From Bacteroidota bacterium (lineage in GTDB: Bacteria > Bacteroidota > Ignavibacteria > SZUA-365), in assembly GCA_032250495.1 (NCBI GenBank), contig JAVVFP010000001.1, positions 1 through 32,273 on the forward strand: DNA of 32,273 nt. The letters run 5' to 3'. A program made the position numbers and the translations under genes. The notes beneath the pieces are model-generated. The model searched no databases, was not told where the DNA came from, and saw only the letters and a program-made list of their open reading frames with translations. Below are positions 15,505 through 27,218 of this stretch, piece by piece. The stretch's first letter is position 1. The number at the start of each line of letters is the position of its first letter.

Positions 15505-17880
15505 GTGGATATGAGACCGCTGCTCGAGAAAACGGAAAACATCCTGTCTGTCAAGGAACTGTGGAAAACCTGTGACGGAACGGGAGTCCTCTGTCTGTGT
15601 GTCTCCGGAAGTGTGGCGCGGGGAGAGCACACGGAGCATTCCGATACGGATTTTCTGCTGCTGCACGAGGAAGGTAATAGCGCGGCAGCGCGGGCTCAGG
15701 AAGTGATACGACGCATGCACGTGGATCTGGACCATGTCAGCGTCGTCAGCCGTTCTCTTGAGCATTGCCGTGCGATGATGCAGGAAGACATGCGCTCCTG
15801 GGTAGCACAACTGGACGCGAAATTCGTAACAGGGAGCATTTCTCTGTTTGAAGCGTTCAGAGAGGATATGTGCAGACAGGCAGAGCAGTCGGGCGAGAAG
15901 TTGCTCACGCGTCTTGATGACCTCACACGTGAGAGGCACGTGCAGTACGGGGAAACGCTTGCGCTCCTGGAACCGAACATCAAGAACAGCGCGGGAGCAC
16001 TGCGCGACATTCACACCCTGTATTACGTGGCGCTTCTCAGCATGCACCGTGAGTTCCCATGCAGCGAAGGTCGGACATGGCCGTCGGTAGCGGACATGCT
16101 TTCATCGCTGCAGTTGCAGAAGCAGCGGCGCGAACAACTGCTGCTCGCCTATAGTTTCCTGCTTTCCGTCCGCGCTGCGATGCATGCCTGCAGTGGACAC
16201 CTGCACGACACCCTGGATTTCGACCTTCAGAGATCAGTGGCTGCGCAGCTCGGCTACGGCAATGAGACGGACAAAAGAGGTGTTGAAAAATTCATGCGCG
16301 ACTACTATCGCCATGCACACACCGTTCACCTGGCACTGCAGCTTGTTTTTTCCGATAGGAGGCAGGGGCAGGGTGACAGCAGAGTGGATGCAGTCCGGGA
16401 GTACTCGCAGGAAAGTGCTGCGGAAGAAATAATGGAGGTGTTTCTTGCGTCCTGCAGGGAAAGAAAACACGTGGATATCAGTCTCGTACGGATTATCGAT
16501 GTGAGAGAGGATATGGATTTTTCTTCCCGCATATGCCTGACACTGTTCGATGATATTCTGCATGAGCGTCAGCATGTATACCGGACACTCTCCCGCATGC
16601 ACGAGATGCGCATTCTGGGGAGGATATTTCCTGAATTCCAGGCGCTGACCCACTTTTTCCAGCACAACATCTATCACTTTTTCACTGCGGATGAACACAC
16701 GCTTCGCTGCATACGCACCTGCGAATATTTGCGGGAGAAGGAAGAACATGTGTCCATGGTTCTGCGGGAAATAGAAGATATTTCTGTTCTCTATTATGGG
16801 CTCCTGCTGCACGACATAGCGAAACCGCTCGATATTCAACGCCACGAGATAGCAGGCGCGGACATCACGGATGAAATACTCCGCCGTTTCTGCCGCAGCG
16901 ATATAAGCGAAGACGTTCGTTTCCTTGTACGTGAGCACCTGAGCATGGAGCAGCTGGCCTTTCGAAGGAATTTCAAGGACAGGGCTACGCTCTCTCCCTT
17001 CGTCGCACGCGTGGAAACATTGCCGAGACTGCAGCTTCTCTACGTGCTGACCTACGCGGACATGTCGGCGCTGAATCCCGGCGTGCTGACAGAATGGAAA
17101 AAAGCGCTGCTTGCGGAATTGTACGAGGAGGCCCGCATGCTTCTTCTCCCGTCCGGGAGGGAAGAGGAGGTGGCAGGACACGGAAACTCGACGGTGGAAC
17201 CGGTTTCGAGTATGGATCATCATGGTTTTCAAACAGCCGTGCAGGATATTCTCGATGGGGAACTCATGCGCATGCATGTCACGCATCATCGCGCGTACTC
17301 CGAAGTAACCGTCTTCTGTGTCGATCGTCCCCAACTGCTTTCCCGCCTTTCCGCGGCGTTTTTCGGCGCGGATACCTCCATCGTCGACGCGGTGATCGAA
17401 ACGAGAAATGAAGTCGTCATCGACATGTTCCGCGTGGTGGATATCATCAGCGGAAAACACCTCTCCGCAGAACAGACCCGTGCGCTCCGCAGCCATGTGC
17501 GTTCCGTCTGTTCCGGTGAACTGGACGTGGAAGCACTCTATCGTTCGTGCAGGAACAAGTGGAAACGGCGCCTGCGGAAACTGCCGAAGGACAACGTAAA
17601 GACGGCGGTGGAATACATTTCGCACACGGATGACGACGGCCGGCAGCTTACAATCATCGAAGTGTACGCCCCGGATACTTTCGGACTGCTCTATCGGCTC
17701 GCGGCGGAAATATCCGTATTTGGATTGAACGTCGTATTTGCCAAAATTGCGACACGGGTGGACGGCGTGGTCGACAGTTTCTATATCGTGGACGCCGAGG
17801 GAAAGCCGCTCGTGGACGCCGGTCGAAAGGATATGCTCCGTTCACGCCTCCTGGATAGAATTTTGGAATTGACGCAATAA
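15505..17880 (+). CDS. glnD: [protein-PII] uridylyltransferase / uridylyl-removing enzyme, GlnD-like (NTase + HD + 2 ACT)
   Basis: The NTase motif is GSVARGEHTEHSDTDFLLL. The GlnD-specific LEPNIKNSAGALRDIHTLYY and the HD domain (..LLLHDIAKP..) are present. Two C-terminal ACT-like modules are visible (TVFCVDRPQLLSRLSAAF.. and IEVYAPDTFGLLYRLAAEIS..). The start is GTG 15505 or ATG 15511. Confidence 0.85.
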   Translation: MDMRPLLEKTENILSVKELWKTCDGTGVLCLCVSGSVARGEHTEHSDTDFLLLHEEGNSAAARAQEVIRRMHVDLDHVSVVSRSLEHCRAMMQEDMRSWVAQLDAKFVTGSISLFEAFREDMCRQAEQSGEKLLTRLDDLTRERHVQYGETLALLEPNIKNSAGALRDIHTLYYVALLSMHREFPCSEGRTWPSVADMLSSLQLQKQRREQLLLAYSFLLSVRAAMHACSGHLHDTLDFDLQRSVAAQLGYGNETDKRGVEKFMRDYYRHAHTVHLALQLVFSDRRQGQGDSRVDAVREYSQESAAEEIMEVFLASCRERKHVDISLVRIIDVREDMDFSSRICLTLFDDILHERQHVYRTLSRMHEMRILGRIFPEFQALTHFFQHNIYHFFTADEHTLRCIRTCEYLREKEEHVSMVLREIEDISVLYYGLLLHDIAKPLDIQRHEIAGADITDEILRRFCRSDISEDVRFLVREHLSMEQLAFRRNFKDRATLSPFVARVETLPRLQLLYVLTYADMSALNPGVLTEWKKALLAELYEEARMLLLPSGREEEVAGHGNSTVEPVSSMDHHGFQTAVQDILDGELMRMHVTHHRAYSEVTVFCVDRPQLLSRLSAAFFGADTSIVDAVIETRNEVVIDMFRVVDIISGKHLSAEQTRALRSHVRSVCSGELDVEALYRSCRNKWKRRLRKLPKDNVKTAVEYISHTDDDGRQLTIIEVYAPDTFGLLYRLAAEISVFGLNVVFAKIATRVDGVVDSFYIVDAEGKPLVDAGRKDMLRSRLLDRILELTQ

Positions 17881-18719
17881 TGTCTCCTTCTTCCCGCATA
17901 CCATCCTGGAACATTCCGCACAGGCAGAAAAGTATCGGTGTGTTCGATTCCGGTATCGGCGGTCTCACCGTCGTGCACGCGCTGATGAAACACCTGCCTC
18001 ATGAGAATATCACGTATTTCGGGGATACGGCGCGCGTCCCATATGGAAGCAAATCCGCTGAAGTCGTACGTGAATACGCCTTCGAGGACACTCGTTTCCT
18101 CATGCAGCAGGGAGTGAAAATAATAGTCGTCGCCTGTAATACCGTATCCGCCGTGGCGATAGATGATCTCAAATCACATTTCGATATCCCCATCGTCGGG
18201 ATGATTCAACCCGGGGCTGCCGCAGCCTGTGCCGCGAGCCGGAATAAACGTATCGGAGTCATCGGCACATATGCCACCATTGGCAGTGCATCCTATCCGC
18301 GTGCACTGACACGCTGCAACAATTCTATCGCTTCGTATTCCGCCCCCTGTCCACTCTTTGTACCGCTCGCAGAGGAAGGATGGGGAGAACATCCCGTCGC
18401 GGCATCGGTGGCGGAAGAGTACCTGGCGCCACTGCGAAGGGAGCACATAGATACCCTCATTCTCGGGTGTACCCATTATCCAATACTGCGTAACGTCATC
18501 CAGAAGGCGATGGGACAGGAGGTCATGCTTATTGATTCAGGGGAAGCCGCGGCGATAGAAGTGGAGAGACTGCTCGGGGAAAATGACTTGCTCAATACAT
18601 CGACGCAGCAACCGAACTATGCCTTCTTTGTCTCCGATGTTCCACAGAAATTCAAGCAGCTCGGGGAAATATTTCTGAATAAGTCCGACCTGCGTGTTAC
18701 GAAAGTGCACCTTGCCTGA
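17880..18719 (+). CDS. murI: glutamate racemase
   Basis: The matching motifs are IGVFDSGIGGLTV, the catalytic Cys motifs VVACNT.S and LGCTHYP, and YFGD.AR.PYG. The ATG overlaps the glnD stop as TAATG. Confidence 0.95.
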   Translation: MSPSSRIPSWNIPHRQKSIGVFDSGIGGLTVVHALMKHLPHENITYFGDTARVPYGSKSAEVVREYAFEDTRFLMQQGVKIIVVACNTVSAVAIDDLKSHFDIPIVGMIQPGAAAACAASRNKRIGVIGTYATIGSASYPRALTRCNNSIASYSAPCPLFVPLAEEGWGEHPVAASVAEEYLAPLRREHIDTLILGCTHYPILRNVIQKAMGQEVMLIDSGEAAAIEVERLLGENDLLNTSTQQPNYAFFVSDVPQKFKQLGEIFLNKSDLRVTKVHLA

Positions 18720-18837
18720 GGCCGTTTTTCCAAGTTTTCACGGCAGCATATAATTCGCTAAATTTATCACGACTTATTTTTACAAACCGGTTTTTTAACG
18801 GTTTGGAATACATATATCACGAAGCAGAGATGCGATA

Positions 18838-20946
18838 ATGAGTGCAGAAGAAAAGGAAAAGGGACAATCGTTTCTTTTCGAAGAATTTGAGGCAGTCACC
18901 AAGAAGAGGTGGCTGGATCTGGTAAAGGAAGATTTGAAGGGGGCGGACTTCGACAGGAAACTCGTCTGGCAGAGCTATGAGGGATTTTCCGTTCAGCCAA
19001 TGTATTTCCGTGAGGATATGGAGAAGCTCGCGCACCTCGGCACACTTCCGGGTTTCACGCCATATCTGCGTGGCAGCCGGAAGGCGGGCAGCGGCGCGCA
19101 GACCTGGTCCATTTCCCAGACACACGACGCCTCGGAACATGATACGCTCCTTGAGGAAATCCGCCTTGCTGTCACGGGGGGACAGCGGCGCGTGGGACTG
19201 CGCTTTCACCCGGTGCTGCGTGAGGCGCAGGATGTTCAATCCATGCACAACGCGCCCGCCGGTGGTGTCTGGATCACTTCCTCGGACGCATTCGGCGCCC
19301 TGTGCGCGTCCATGCCCGCAGTGGATGGAATAGACCTTTACGCGGGCCTGTCCTCTCCCATGTTCACCGCAGCGGCGGCGGACGCGAAGCTGAAAGGAAT
19401 GCATGCGCATTACGATCCGGTTACCATGCTCGCGACATCATCTTCTCTGCCCTGGACGCTGGAAACCGCCTTCCGTCTGATGGCCGATGGTATTCGTTTC
19501 GCTACGGACGAGCTTCCTGACAGCACGGTGGTCGGGATCAGCGGCGAGCCATGGCATAACGCCGGTGGCAGCGCTGTGGAGGAAATAGCCTGTGTGCTCG
19601 CCACGGGAGTCGAATATCTCCAGCAGCTGCAGCAGCGTGGCGTGGAAGTGAAACGTGCCTCGCGATTCATGCGCTTCACTTTTCCGGTGGGCAGCACGTT
19701 CTTCATGGAAATAGCTAAACTCCGCGCCATACGCGCGCTCTGGACGCGCATTGTCGAGGAATTCGAAGCGGGTGCGAGCGCCGCTGCTCCCATGCACATG
19801 CATGTCTGCGGATCTCGCTGGAGCAAAACCGTGTACGATCCCTATGTCAACATGCTGCGCAGTACGGTGCAGGCGATGGCAGGCGCGATTGGTGGAGCAG
19901 AGAGCGTGGATATTGCACCGTTTGACGACGTTGCCGGAAATCCAGGTGTGTTTTCGCGTCGCATCGCGCGCAACGTGCAGATAATACTACAGGAAGAGGC
20001 GCGTCTCTCGCAGGTCAGTGATGCCGCGGCCGGTTCCTATTACGTCGAGCAGCTGACCGATTCCATCATGCGTCATGCGTGGAGTATGTTCCGCGAAATC
20101 GAAACACGGGGCGGAATAGTTTCCGCGCTGAAGGACGGTTACATCCAGCAGCGCCTCGGAGATACTGCGGACAGGAAGCGGGAGAATATATCCCGTCGTC
20201 GCGACGTCATCGTCGGCACAAACAAGTACCCGAATCTCTCCGAGAAAGCGCTTCCCGCCGCCGGCAAGGCTCCGACCGCGAACACGACTCTCCAGGAACG
20301 ATACCATTCGTTACTTGAAGAACGTGGCGATGCTGCGGCCGCACGGGCGGCGTTCATTGCCGCTGTCGAGGATGAGAACGCGAACCTCGTGGCCTCCATG
20401 CGCGACGCGCTCGCCGCTGGCATGACCATCCCCGAACTGCACGCGGTACTGCGCGCAGCGGAAACGGATACTTTCACCGTCGAAGCGATACCGGTCTTCC
20501 GTGCAGCCGAGCAGTTCGAGGCGATGCGCGCGGCCGTGGAACGGTGTGAGAAAAAACCGCGCGTGTTTCTGGCCACGTACGGAGCAGTCAACTGGAGCCG
20601 TGCACGCGCAACCTTCGCTTCCGGTTTCTTCGGTGCGACCGGCATGGAAATCGTGGACAATCTCGGTTTTCCATCAGCCACGGCGGCCGCAGAGGCCGCG
20701 ATCGAGCAAGACGCCGACATCGTCGTTGCCTGCAGTGAGGACGAAATGTACCGGGAGACGATTCCGGATATCATGGATTCGCTCCGCGCCTCGCCACGAC
20801 CGATGCTGCTCATCGTTGCCGGTAATCCCGTCGACGACCTGTCCGCACTGCGTGAGGCGGGCGTCCATGCGTTCATTCATGTCAAGGCCGATGCCGGTTC
20901 CATTCTTGCCGGCATTATCCAGACACTCGGAATCGAAATTCAATAA
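18838..20946 (+). CDS. mutA: methylmalonyl-CoA mutase small (beta) subunit
   Basis: The 702-aa product has a mutase-family core (F.M.....[23 protein letters not shown]). Its C-terminal Rossmann-like domain lacks the DxHxxG cobalamin-ligand motif. It lies directly upstream of the large subunit, the classic mutA-mutB arrangement. Confidence 0.85.
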   Translation: MSAEEKEKGQSFLFEEFEAVTKKRWLDLVKEDLKGADFDRKLVWQSYEGFSVQPMYFREDMEKLAHLGTLPGFTPYLRGSRKAGSGAQTWSISQTHDASEHDTLLEEIRLAVTGGQRRVGLRFHPVLREAQDVQSMHNAPAGGVWITSSDAFGALCASMPAVDGIDLYAGLSSPMFTAAAADAKLKGMHAHYDPVTMLATSSSLPWTLETAFRLMADGIRFATDELPDSTVVGISGEPWHNAGGSAVEEIACVLATGVEYLQQLQQRGVEVKRASRFMRFTFPVGSTFFMEIAKLRAIRALWTRIVEEFEAGASAAAPMHMHVCGSRWSKTVYDPYVNMLRSTVQAMAGAIGGAESVDIAPFDDVAGNPGVFSRRIARNVQIILQEEARLSQVSDAAAGSYYVEQLTDSIMRHAWSMFREIETRGGIVSALKDGYIQQRLGDTADRKRENISRRRDVIVGTNKYPNLSEKALPAAGKAPTANTTLQERYHSLLEERGDAAAARAAFIAAVEDENANLVASMRDALAAGMTIPELHAVLRAAETDTFTVEAIPVFRAAEQFEAMRAAVERCEKKPRVFLATYGAVNWSRARATFASGFFGATGMEIVDNLGFPSATAAAEAAIEQDADIVVACSEDEMYRETIPDIMDSLRASPRPMLLIVAGNPVDDLSALREAGVHAFIHVKADAGSILAGIIQTLGIEIQ

Positions 20947-20963
20947 GGCAGGAAGAAACAGAA

Positions 20964-23135
<2,172 letters not shown>

Positions 23136-23179
23136 GATGCTGAGCAACGGCACAGGCGATTGCCTGCGCCCGGAAGGAG

Positions 23180-23232
23180 AAACGTCATCTCAAGGTGCGC
23201 TGTGCGTGCAGAGATGACGTTTCCATTTTCCA
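23180..23232 (+). terminator. terminator-like hairpin after mutB
   Basis: A 12-bp stem, aaacgtcatctc (23180-23191) with gagatgacgttt (23211-23222), extends by gg/cc across a 2-nt bulge. The loop is 19 nt and the flanking sequence is ccattttccatt. The loop is long and the T tract is interrupted. Confidence 0.45.
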
Positions 23233-23308
23233 TTGAATCTGACGACCTATTTGAATACACTATGTGTGTTGCTTCCAATATTGCCTTTTCGTCTGAAGGG
23301 ATGACGCC

Positions 23309-26300
23309 ATGAAAACGATTTCCCTCGTCCGCGTACTGTTTGCAGCCATGCTTCTGGCCGGTGTCTCACCGACGTTGCCGGCACAGACTATTTCATACAT
23401 GCTGCCGGATATCGGCAGTCCGGGAATGAACACGCTCGTCGAGTTCATCGCACCGCATGACGCGTTCGGGAATTTCGGGAGCGATGGACTGTATCTGAAT
23501 AATCCCGGGGATGCGCTGCGTCTACGCTGCGCCGATGCGAACGACACAGGTCTCGTCGTCATCGGTCCCTTCATGGTTTCATGGGACGGGCGCCTGGTAT
23601 CCGCGCAGGTATTTGTGCGGCCCGACGCTGATCCCCCGAGCAGCAACTGGCAGTCCGTCGGAGCGCAGTTCCAGGTACCGATCGAGTTCGTACGCAACGG
23701 CACCCCGGGAAACAGCGAGATGTTCTACGTGGTGCGTCCGCAGCCGGCCATCGTCAAATCGGGGGACGGACTGCTCGGTTCGGGCGGGACCTGGGGACTG
23801 CGATCGCCGCGCGGTGCGATGATCGTCGACAGCATGGTGCTCCGTGGCAGCAGCTACGGTGTGTCGACCGCGGACTGCGATGCCGGCACGCCCGGGAACC
23901 AAGGATATCTTCCGGTCACCATCATTTCACGCGGTCCCGTACGCATGGAGAGCAGCGCGACTCTCTCTCTCGACGCCATGGGAAAGCATGCCGGTCCGGG
24001 TGGCGGCGGTGGCGGTGGAAACTTCTGTGACTTCACCGGTGACGGAACGGACGGGGGTGATGGTTTTACCGGTGGTGGACGTGGCGGACGCAACCGCGCA
24101 GGCAACCCTTTCGGCAGTGACGAGTACCGGAATCCCGGTACGGGTTCGGGTCCACCCGTGGGCAGTACGGGCGGCAGTCTCAACGGCGTCCCCGGTGGCA
24201 ACTCTCCCGCATACGAGGCGTCCGGCGGGGGAACGGGCCATCCCTTCGGCAGTTCCGGCGAAGGATGTATCAGCGGATCGGGCTGCAATCCCCCGGGCGG
24301 ATACGGCGGCGGCAGCGGTCAGCAGCAGACTCTGGCCGGTGGCGGCGGTGGATATTCCACCGAAGGTTTCTCCACGAAGAACGGGAATGGCGGCAAGGTG
24401 CACGGCAACGACGCCATCATACCGCTCGCCGGAGGATCCGGCGCCGGCGGGGGCAATCCCCAGCTGGGTTTCGCATGTTCCGGTGACGGCGGCGGCGGTG
24501 GCGGTGCGCTGAAACTTTCTGCACCCGTGATGGAGGCCAAACTTTTCACCGCCTACGGTGCGCCGGGTGCCAATGCCGCCAGTGGAGACGGGGGGTCGGG
24601 TTCGGGAGGAGCCATACACCTTGGATCCAAGCTATCTTCGTCAGCAATTCAGCCCAGGGCCGGCGGTGGTTTCGGACCTGGTGGTTTCGGCGGGGCGGGA
24701 CGCATACGCATGGACGGTCCGATCACGGTGCCCCCTCCCGGTCTGGCGGTGGTTGAAAGCATGTTCACCGGTCCGTCCACGGATACCTCGCAGTACGTAC
24801 CGCGCAGCTTCACGCTGACGGGGACGGGCAACGGCGAGGACATTCACCTGTTCATGAAATCGGAGCGCGAACCCTGGACGGAAATAGCCGTCATCAGCGG
24901 GTACGGCAGCAACTGGTCGCACAGCATAACACTTCCACCGGTCGAAGGATATTATTACCTGGCGGCGCTGCAGTCTTTTCCCACGCCGTCCTCCGATCCC
25001 TGGGTGGCGCGTCCCGCGTACGTTCCATCGCAGTCGGCTGCGAATATTTTCATTTTCCGTCCGGTCCCTGCCATCGCCGCCGATCCCGCGCGCAGTCTTC
25101 CCGGGATACGCTGCGAAGACAGCAGCATAGACACGGTGACGGTAGGCAATACCGGTGAGGGAATGCTGCGCATACCGGACGCGCGTTTCCTCGGTGGGAG
25201 CAGCGGTTTCACCTTGCTGCAACCGACGGTTTTTCCGATCGACATCGCCCCGGGTGAAACACGTTCGTTCGTCGTTCGTTATGACCGCGTACCGGGGAGC
25301 AGGGGAGTGCAGCGCGACACGCTGCAGATCCTGAGCAACAGTCCGGGAGCGAGTCCCTACAACATCGTTTTCAGCGTCGACGTCGACGTGGCATCATTCG
25401 CGTTCGACGAAAGCGTCCTGGCATTTCCCGATCTTCTGCTGTGCGAAGGCACAAGCGTGGACACGAGCGTTGTGCTCACCAATACGGGAACCGTGCCGCT
25501 TCTTCTGCTGCAGCCCACACTGGACAATTCCTCGTTTACTCTTCTGCAACCGGCACCGGCCGCATTTCCCCTGTCGCTCCCACCGGATTCTTCGCTGCGG
25601 GTGCAGCTGCGTGTCACGCATACGGGAACGGGATCCCTCGCCGGACTGCTGGAAGTTCGGACGGATGCCAACGGATGCAGCCTGAACCGGCAGGTCATCC
25701 TTTCCGCGAACGCGCGGGACGCGGTGCTGACCGCCACGGACCTCGCGCCATTTCCGACGCTTCGCTGTGCCGGGGAATTTGCGGATACGACGCTCATACT
25801 GCGCAACGATGGCGACGTCCCCGTCACGGTAACGGCACTGACTTCGTCCCTTCCGGCATTCCAGGTGCTGTCCCCCGCGGTACCGGTCACCCTGGGCGTA
25901 GGCCAGCAGGTCAGCGTGCGGCTGCGCTTTGTCCCTTCCTTTGCCGGTGCGTTCCAGGGACTGCTGACCGTGGAAAGCATGCCGTGCGCACAGCTGCTTA
26001 CCCGTGTGCTCGATGGGCGTCGCGATTCGCTCGGTCTGCGTGCGGATGCGGTGGATTTCGGCGTGCGCCGGGCCGCCACACTGCCGGTAACCGAGACCAC
26101 CGTGCTGCGTAATACGGGCAGCATCCCCGTCACCGTGACAGCCGCGGCTTTCGCCCCGCCGTTTCGTGTGAGTGCCGGATTGCCGGTGACGCTGCAGCCT
26201 GGCGACAGCACGGAAATAGTGCTGCAGTTTGACGACAACGGTATGGACGGTCCATACGCGGGACGCATCGCGCTGGAACATGCGCCGTCCTGTGACAGCG

Positions 26301-27001
26301 TATTCGTCGATGTGCAGGGTCGGCGTGCCACGGCGCGCGTGGTGCTGCGGACGGACACCGTCGTCGCCGCTCCATCGGACGTTATCGAATTGCCCATCTA
26401 CCTGAGCAACGCGGAAAACCTGCAGCTGTTCGGCGCGACATCCATTACCGTGGATCTCCGGTACAGCGCAAGCGTGATGTCACCGCTGTTCGCGGCCGGG
26501 GGAATCCTGGTCGGCGACGATCGTGTGATCACGCTCGATCTTCCCTTCATCACGGATGAAAACGACGTAGCGCTGCGCCTTCCGTTCATGGTCACACTGG
26601 GACTGCAGGATGAAAGCGTGCTATGGCTCGAGCGCGCGGAAGCGGTGGGCGGTGAACTGACCATCGAAGTCGAACACGGGCGCATCATGCTCACGGAAAT
26701 CTGCCGCGAGGGCGGTGACCGTTTCTTTGACGGATCGGCGTCCGTCGCCCTCAGGCCCAACCGTCCCAATCCCTTCAATCCCGTCACGGAACTGTCCTTC
26801 GACATCATCGAGGCGGCGCGTACACAACTGCTGGTATTCGACATGCTCGGACGCCGCGTCGTGACTCTTGTCGACGACGTCCTGCAGCCGGGCAGTTACA
26901 CCCGCTCCTTCGACGGGTCACGGCTTCCCTCGGGAATGTATATCGCGGTACTGAAGACGGCGACTGTCACCAAGACGCGTCGCATGCTGCTGGCAAAGTA
27001 A
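23309..27001 (+). CDS. large secreted multidomain protein with C-terminal type IX secretion sorting domain
   Basis: The signal peptide is MKTISLVRVLFAAMLLAGVSPTLPAQ. A Gly-rich block spans about 23980-24720. Four tandem modules of about 105 aa span about 25085-26340, each carrying C..(S/F).DT..(V/L)..N(T/D)G..P. The last 80 aa or so (about 26750-26998), NRPNPFNP.TELSF.......LLVFDMLGRRV..L......PG.Y...FDGS.LPSGMY...L......TRRMLLAK, match the T9SS Por_Secre_tail-type CTD pattern. Confidence 0.85.
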   Translation: MKTISLVRVLFAAMLLAGVSPTLPAQTISYMLPDIGSPGMNTLVEFIAPHDAFGNFGSDGLYLNNPGDALRLRCADANDTGLVVIGPFMVSWDGRLVSAQVFVRPDADPPSSNWQSVGAQFQVPIEFVRNGTPGNSEMFYVVRPQPAIVKSGDGLLGSGGTWGLRSPRGAMIVDSMVLRGSSYGVSTADCDAGTPGNQGYLPVTIISRGPVRMESSATLSLDAMGKHAGPGGGGGGGNFCDFTGDGTDGGDGFTGGGRGGRNRAGNPFGSDEYRNPGTGSGPPVGSTGGSLNGVPGGNSPAYEASGGGTGHPFGSSGEGCISGSGCNPPGGYGGGSGQQQTLAGGGGGYSTEGFSTKNGNGGKVHGNDAIIPLAGGSGAGGGNPQLGFACSGDGGGGGGALKLSAPVMEAKLFTAYGAPGANAASGDGGSGSGGAIHLGSKLSSSAIQPRAGGGFGPGGFGGAGRIRMDGPITVPPPGLAVVESMFTGPSTDTSQYVPRSFTLTGTGNGEDIHLFMKSEREPWTEIAVISGYGSNWSHSITLPPVEGYYYLAALQSFPTPSSDPWVARPAYVPSQSAANIFIFRPVPAIAADPARSLPGIRCEDSSIDTVTVGNTGEGMLRIPDARFLGGSSGFTLLQPTVFPIDIAPGETRSFVVRYDRVPGSRGVQRDTLQILSNSPGASPYNIVFSVDVDVASFAFDESVLAFPDLLLCEGTSVDTSVVLTNTGTVPLLLLQPTLDNSSFTLLQPAPAAFPLSLPPDSSLRVQLRVTHTGTGSLAGLLEVRTDANGCSLNRQVILSANARDAVLTATDLAPFPTLRCAGEFADTTLILRNDGDVPVTVTALTSSLPAFQVLSPAVPVTLGVGQQVSVRLRFVPSFAGAFQGLLTVESMPCAQLLTRVLDGRRDSLGLRADAVDFGVRRAATLPVTETTVLRNTGSIPVTVTAAAFAPPFRVSAGLPVTLQPGDSTEIVLQFDDNGMDGPYAGRIALEHAPSCDSVFVDVQGRRATARVVLRTDTVVAAPSDVIELPIYLSNAENLQLFGATSITVDLRYSASVMSPLFAAGGILVGDDRVITLDLPFITDENDVALRLPFMVTLGLQDESVLWLERAEAVGGELTIEVEHGRIMLTEICREGGDRFFDGSASVALRPNRPNPFNPVTELSFDIIEAARTQLLVFDMLGRRVVTLVDDVLQPGSYTRSFDGSRLPSGMYIAVLKTATVTKTRRMLLAK

Positions 27002-27008
27002 GCGCGCT

Positions 27009-27038
27009 GTGCCGGGGCCGTGCCGGGGCCGTGCCGGG
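27009..27038. repeat. 11-bp direct repeat, about 2.7 copies (gtgccggggcc)
   Basis: gtgccggggcc occurs at 27009-27019 and 27020-27030, and a partial copy gtgccggg at 27031-27038. The repeat begins just after the T9SS-cargo stop codon. Confidence 0.85.
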
Positions 27039-27130
27039 TGGGACAGGGAGATTGTCGGCAGAGAGGCGCGTGAAGGGCGTCGCTCCGTGGTGTTGCAAAT
27101 ACTGCACTGATTCGCCAAATTACTTTCTCC

Positions 27131-27217
27131 GCTCGAGTGGCGGAATTGGCAGACGCGCTGGACTCAAAATCCAGTGGGGTAAAACCCGTGCCGGTTCGAT
27201 CCCGGCCTCGAGTACCA
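27131..27217 (+). tRNA. tRNA-Leu (anticodon CAA), class II with long variable arm, CCA encoded
   Basis: I folded the cloverleaf by hand. The acceptor stem is gctcgag with ctcgagt. The D arm is gcg-gaattggcaga-cgc. The anticodon stem ctgga/tccag holds the loop ctCAAaa. The long variable arm is tggggtaaaacccgt and the T arm is gccgg-ttcgatc-ccggc. The discriminator is A, followed by CCA. Confidence 0.9.
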
Positions 27218-27218
27218 G

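Noticed and set aside
18720-18837. A possible cobalamin riboswitch or attenuator ahead of mutA, including a 7-bp hairpin at 18783-18805 (caaaccg / cggtttg)
   Set aside because: The leader is only 118 nt, too short for a B12 riboswitch, and I could not find a B12-box-like conserved core. The hairpin is short and lacks a following T tract.
23854-24619. Pro-rich and Arg/Thr/Ala-rich minus-strand ORFs (144 aa and 230 aa) and a +222-aa ORF (23844-24512) in the Gly-rich region
   Set aside because: GGN-rich coding sequence reads as CCN (Pro) on the opposite strand. These ORFs have no independent start signals and lie wholly within the 1230-aa ORF.
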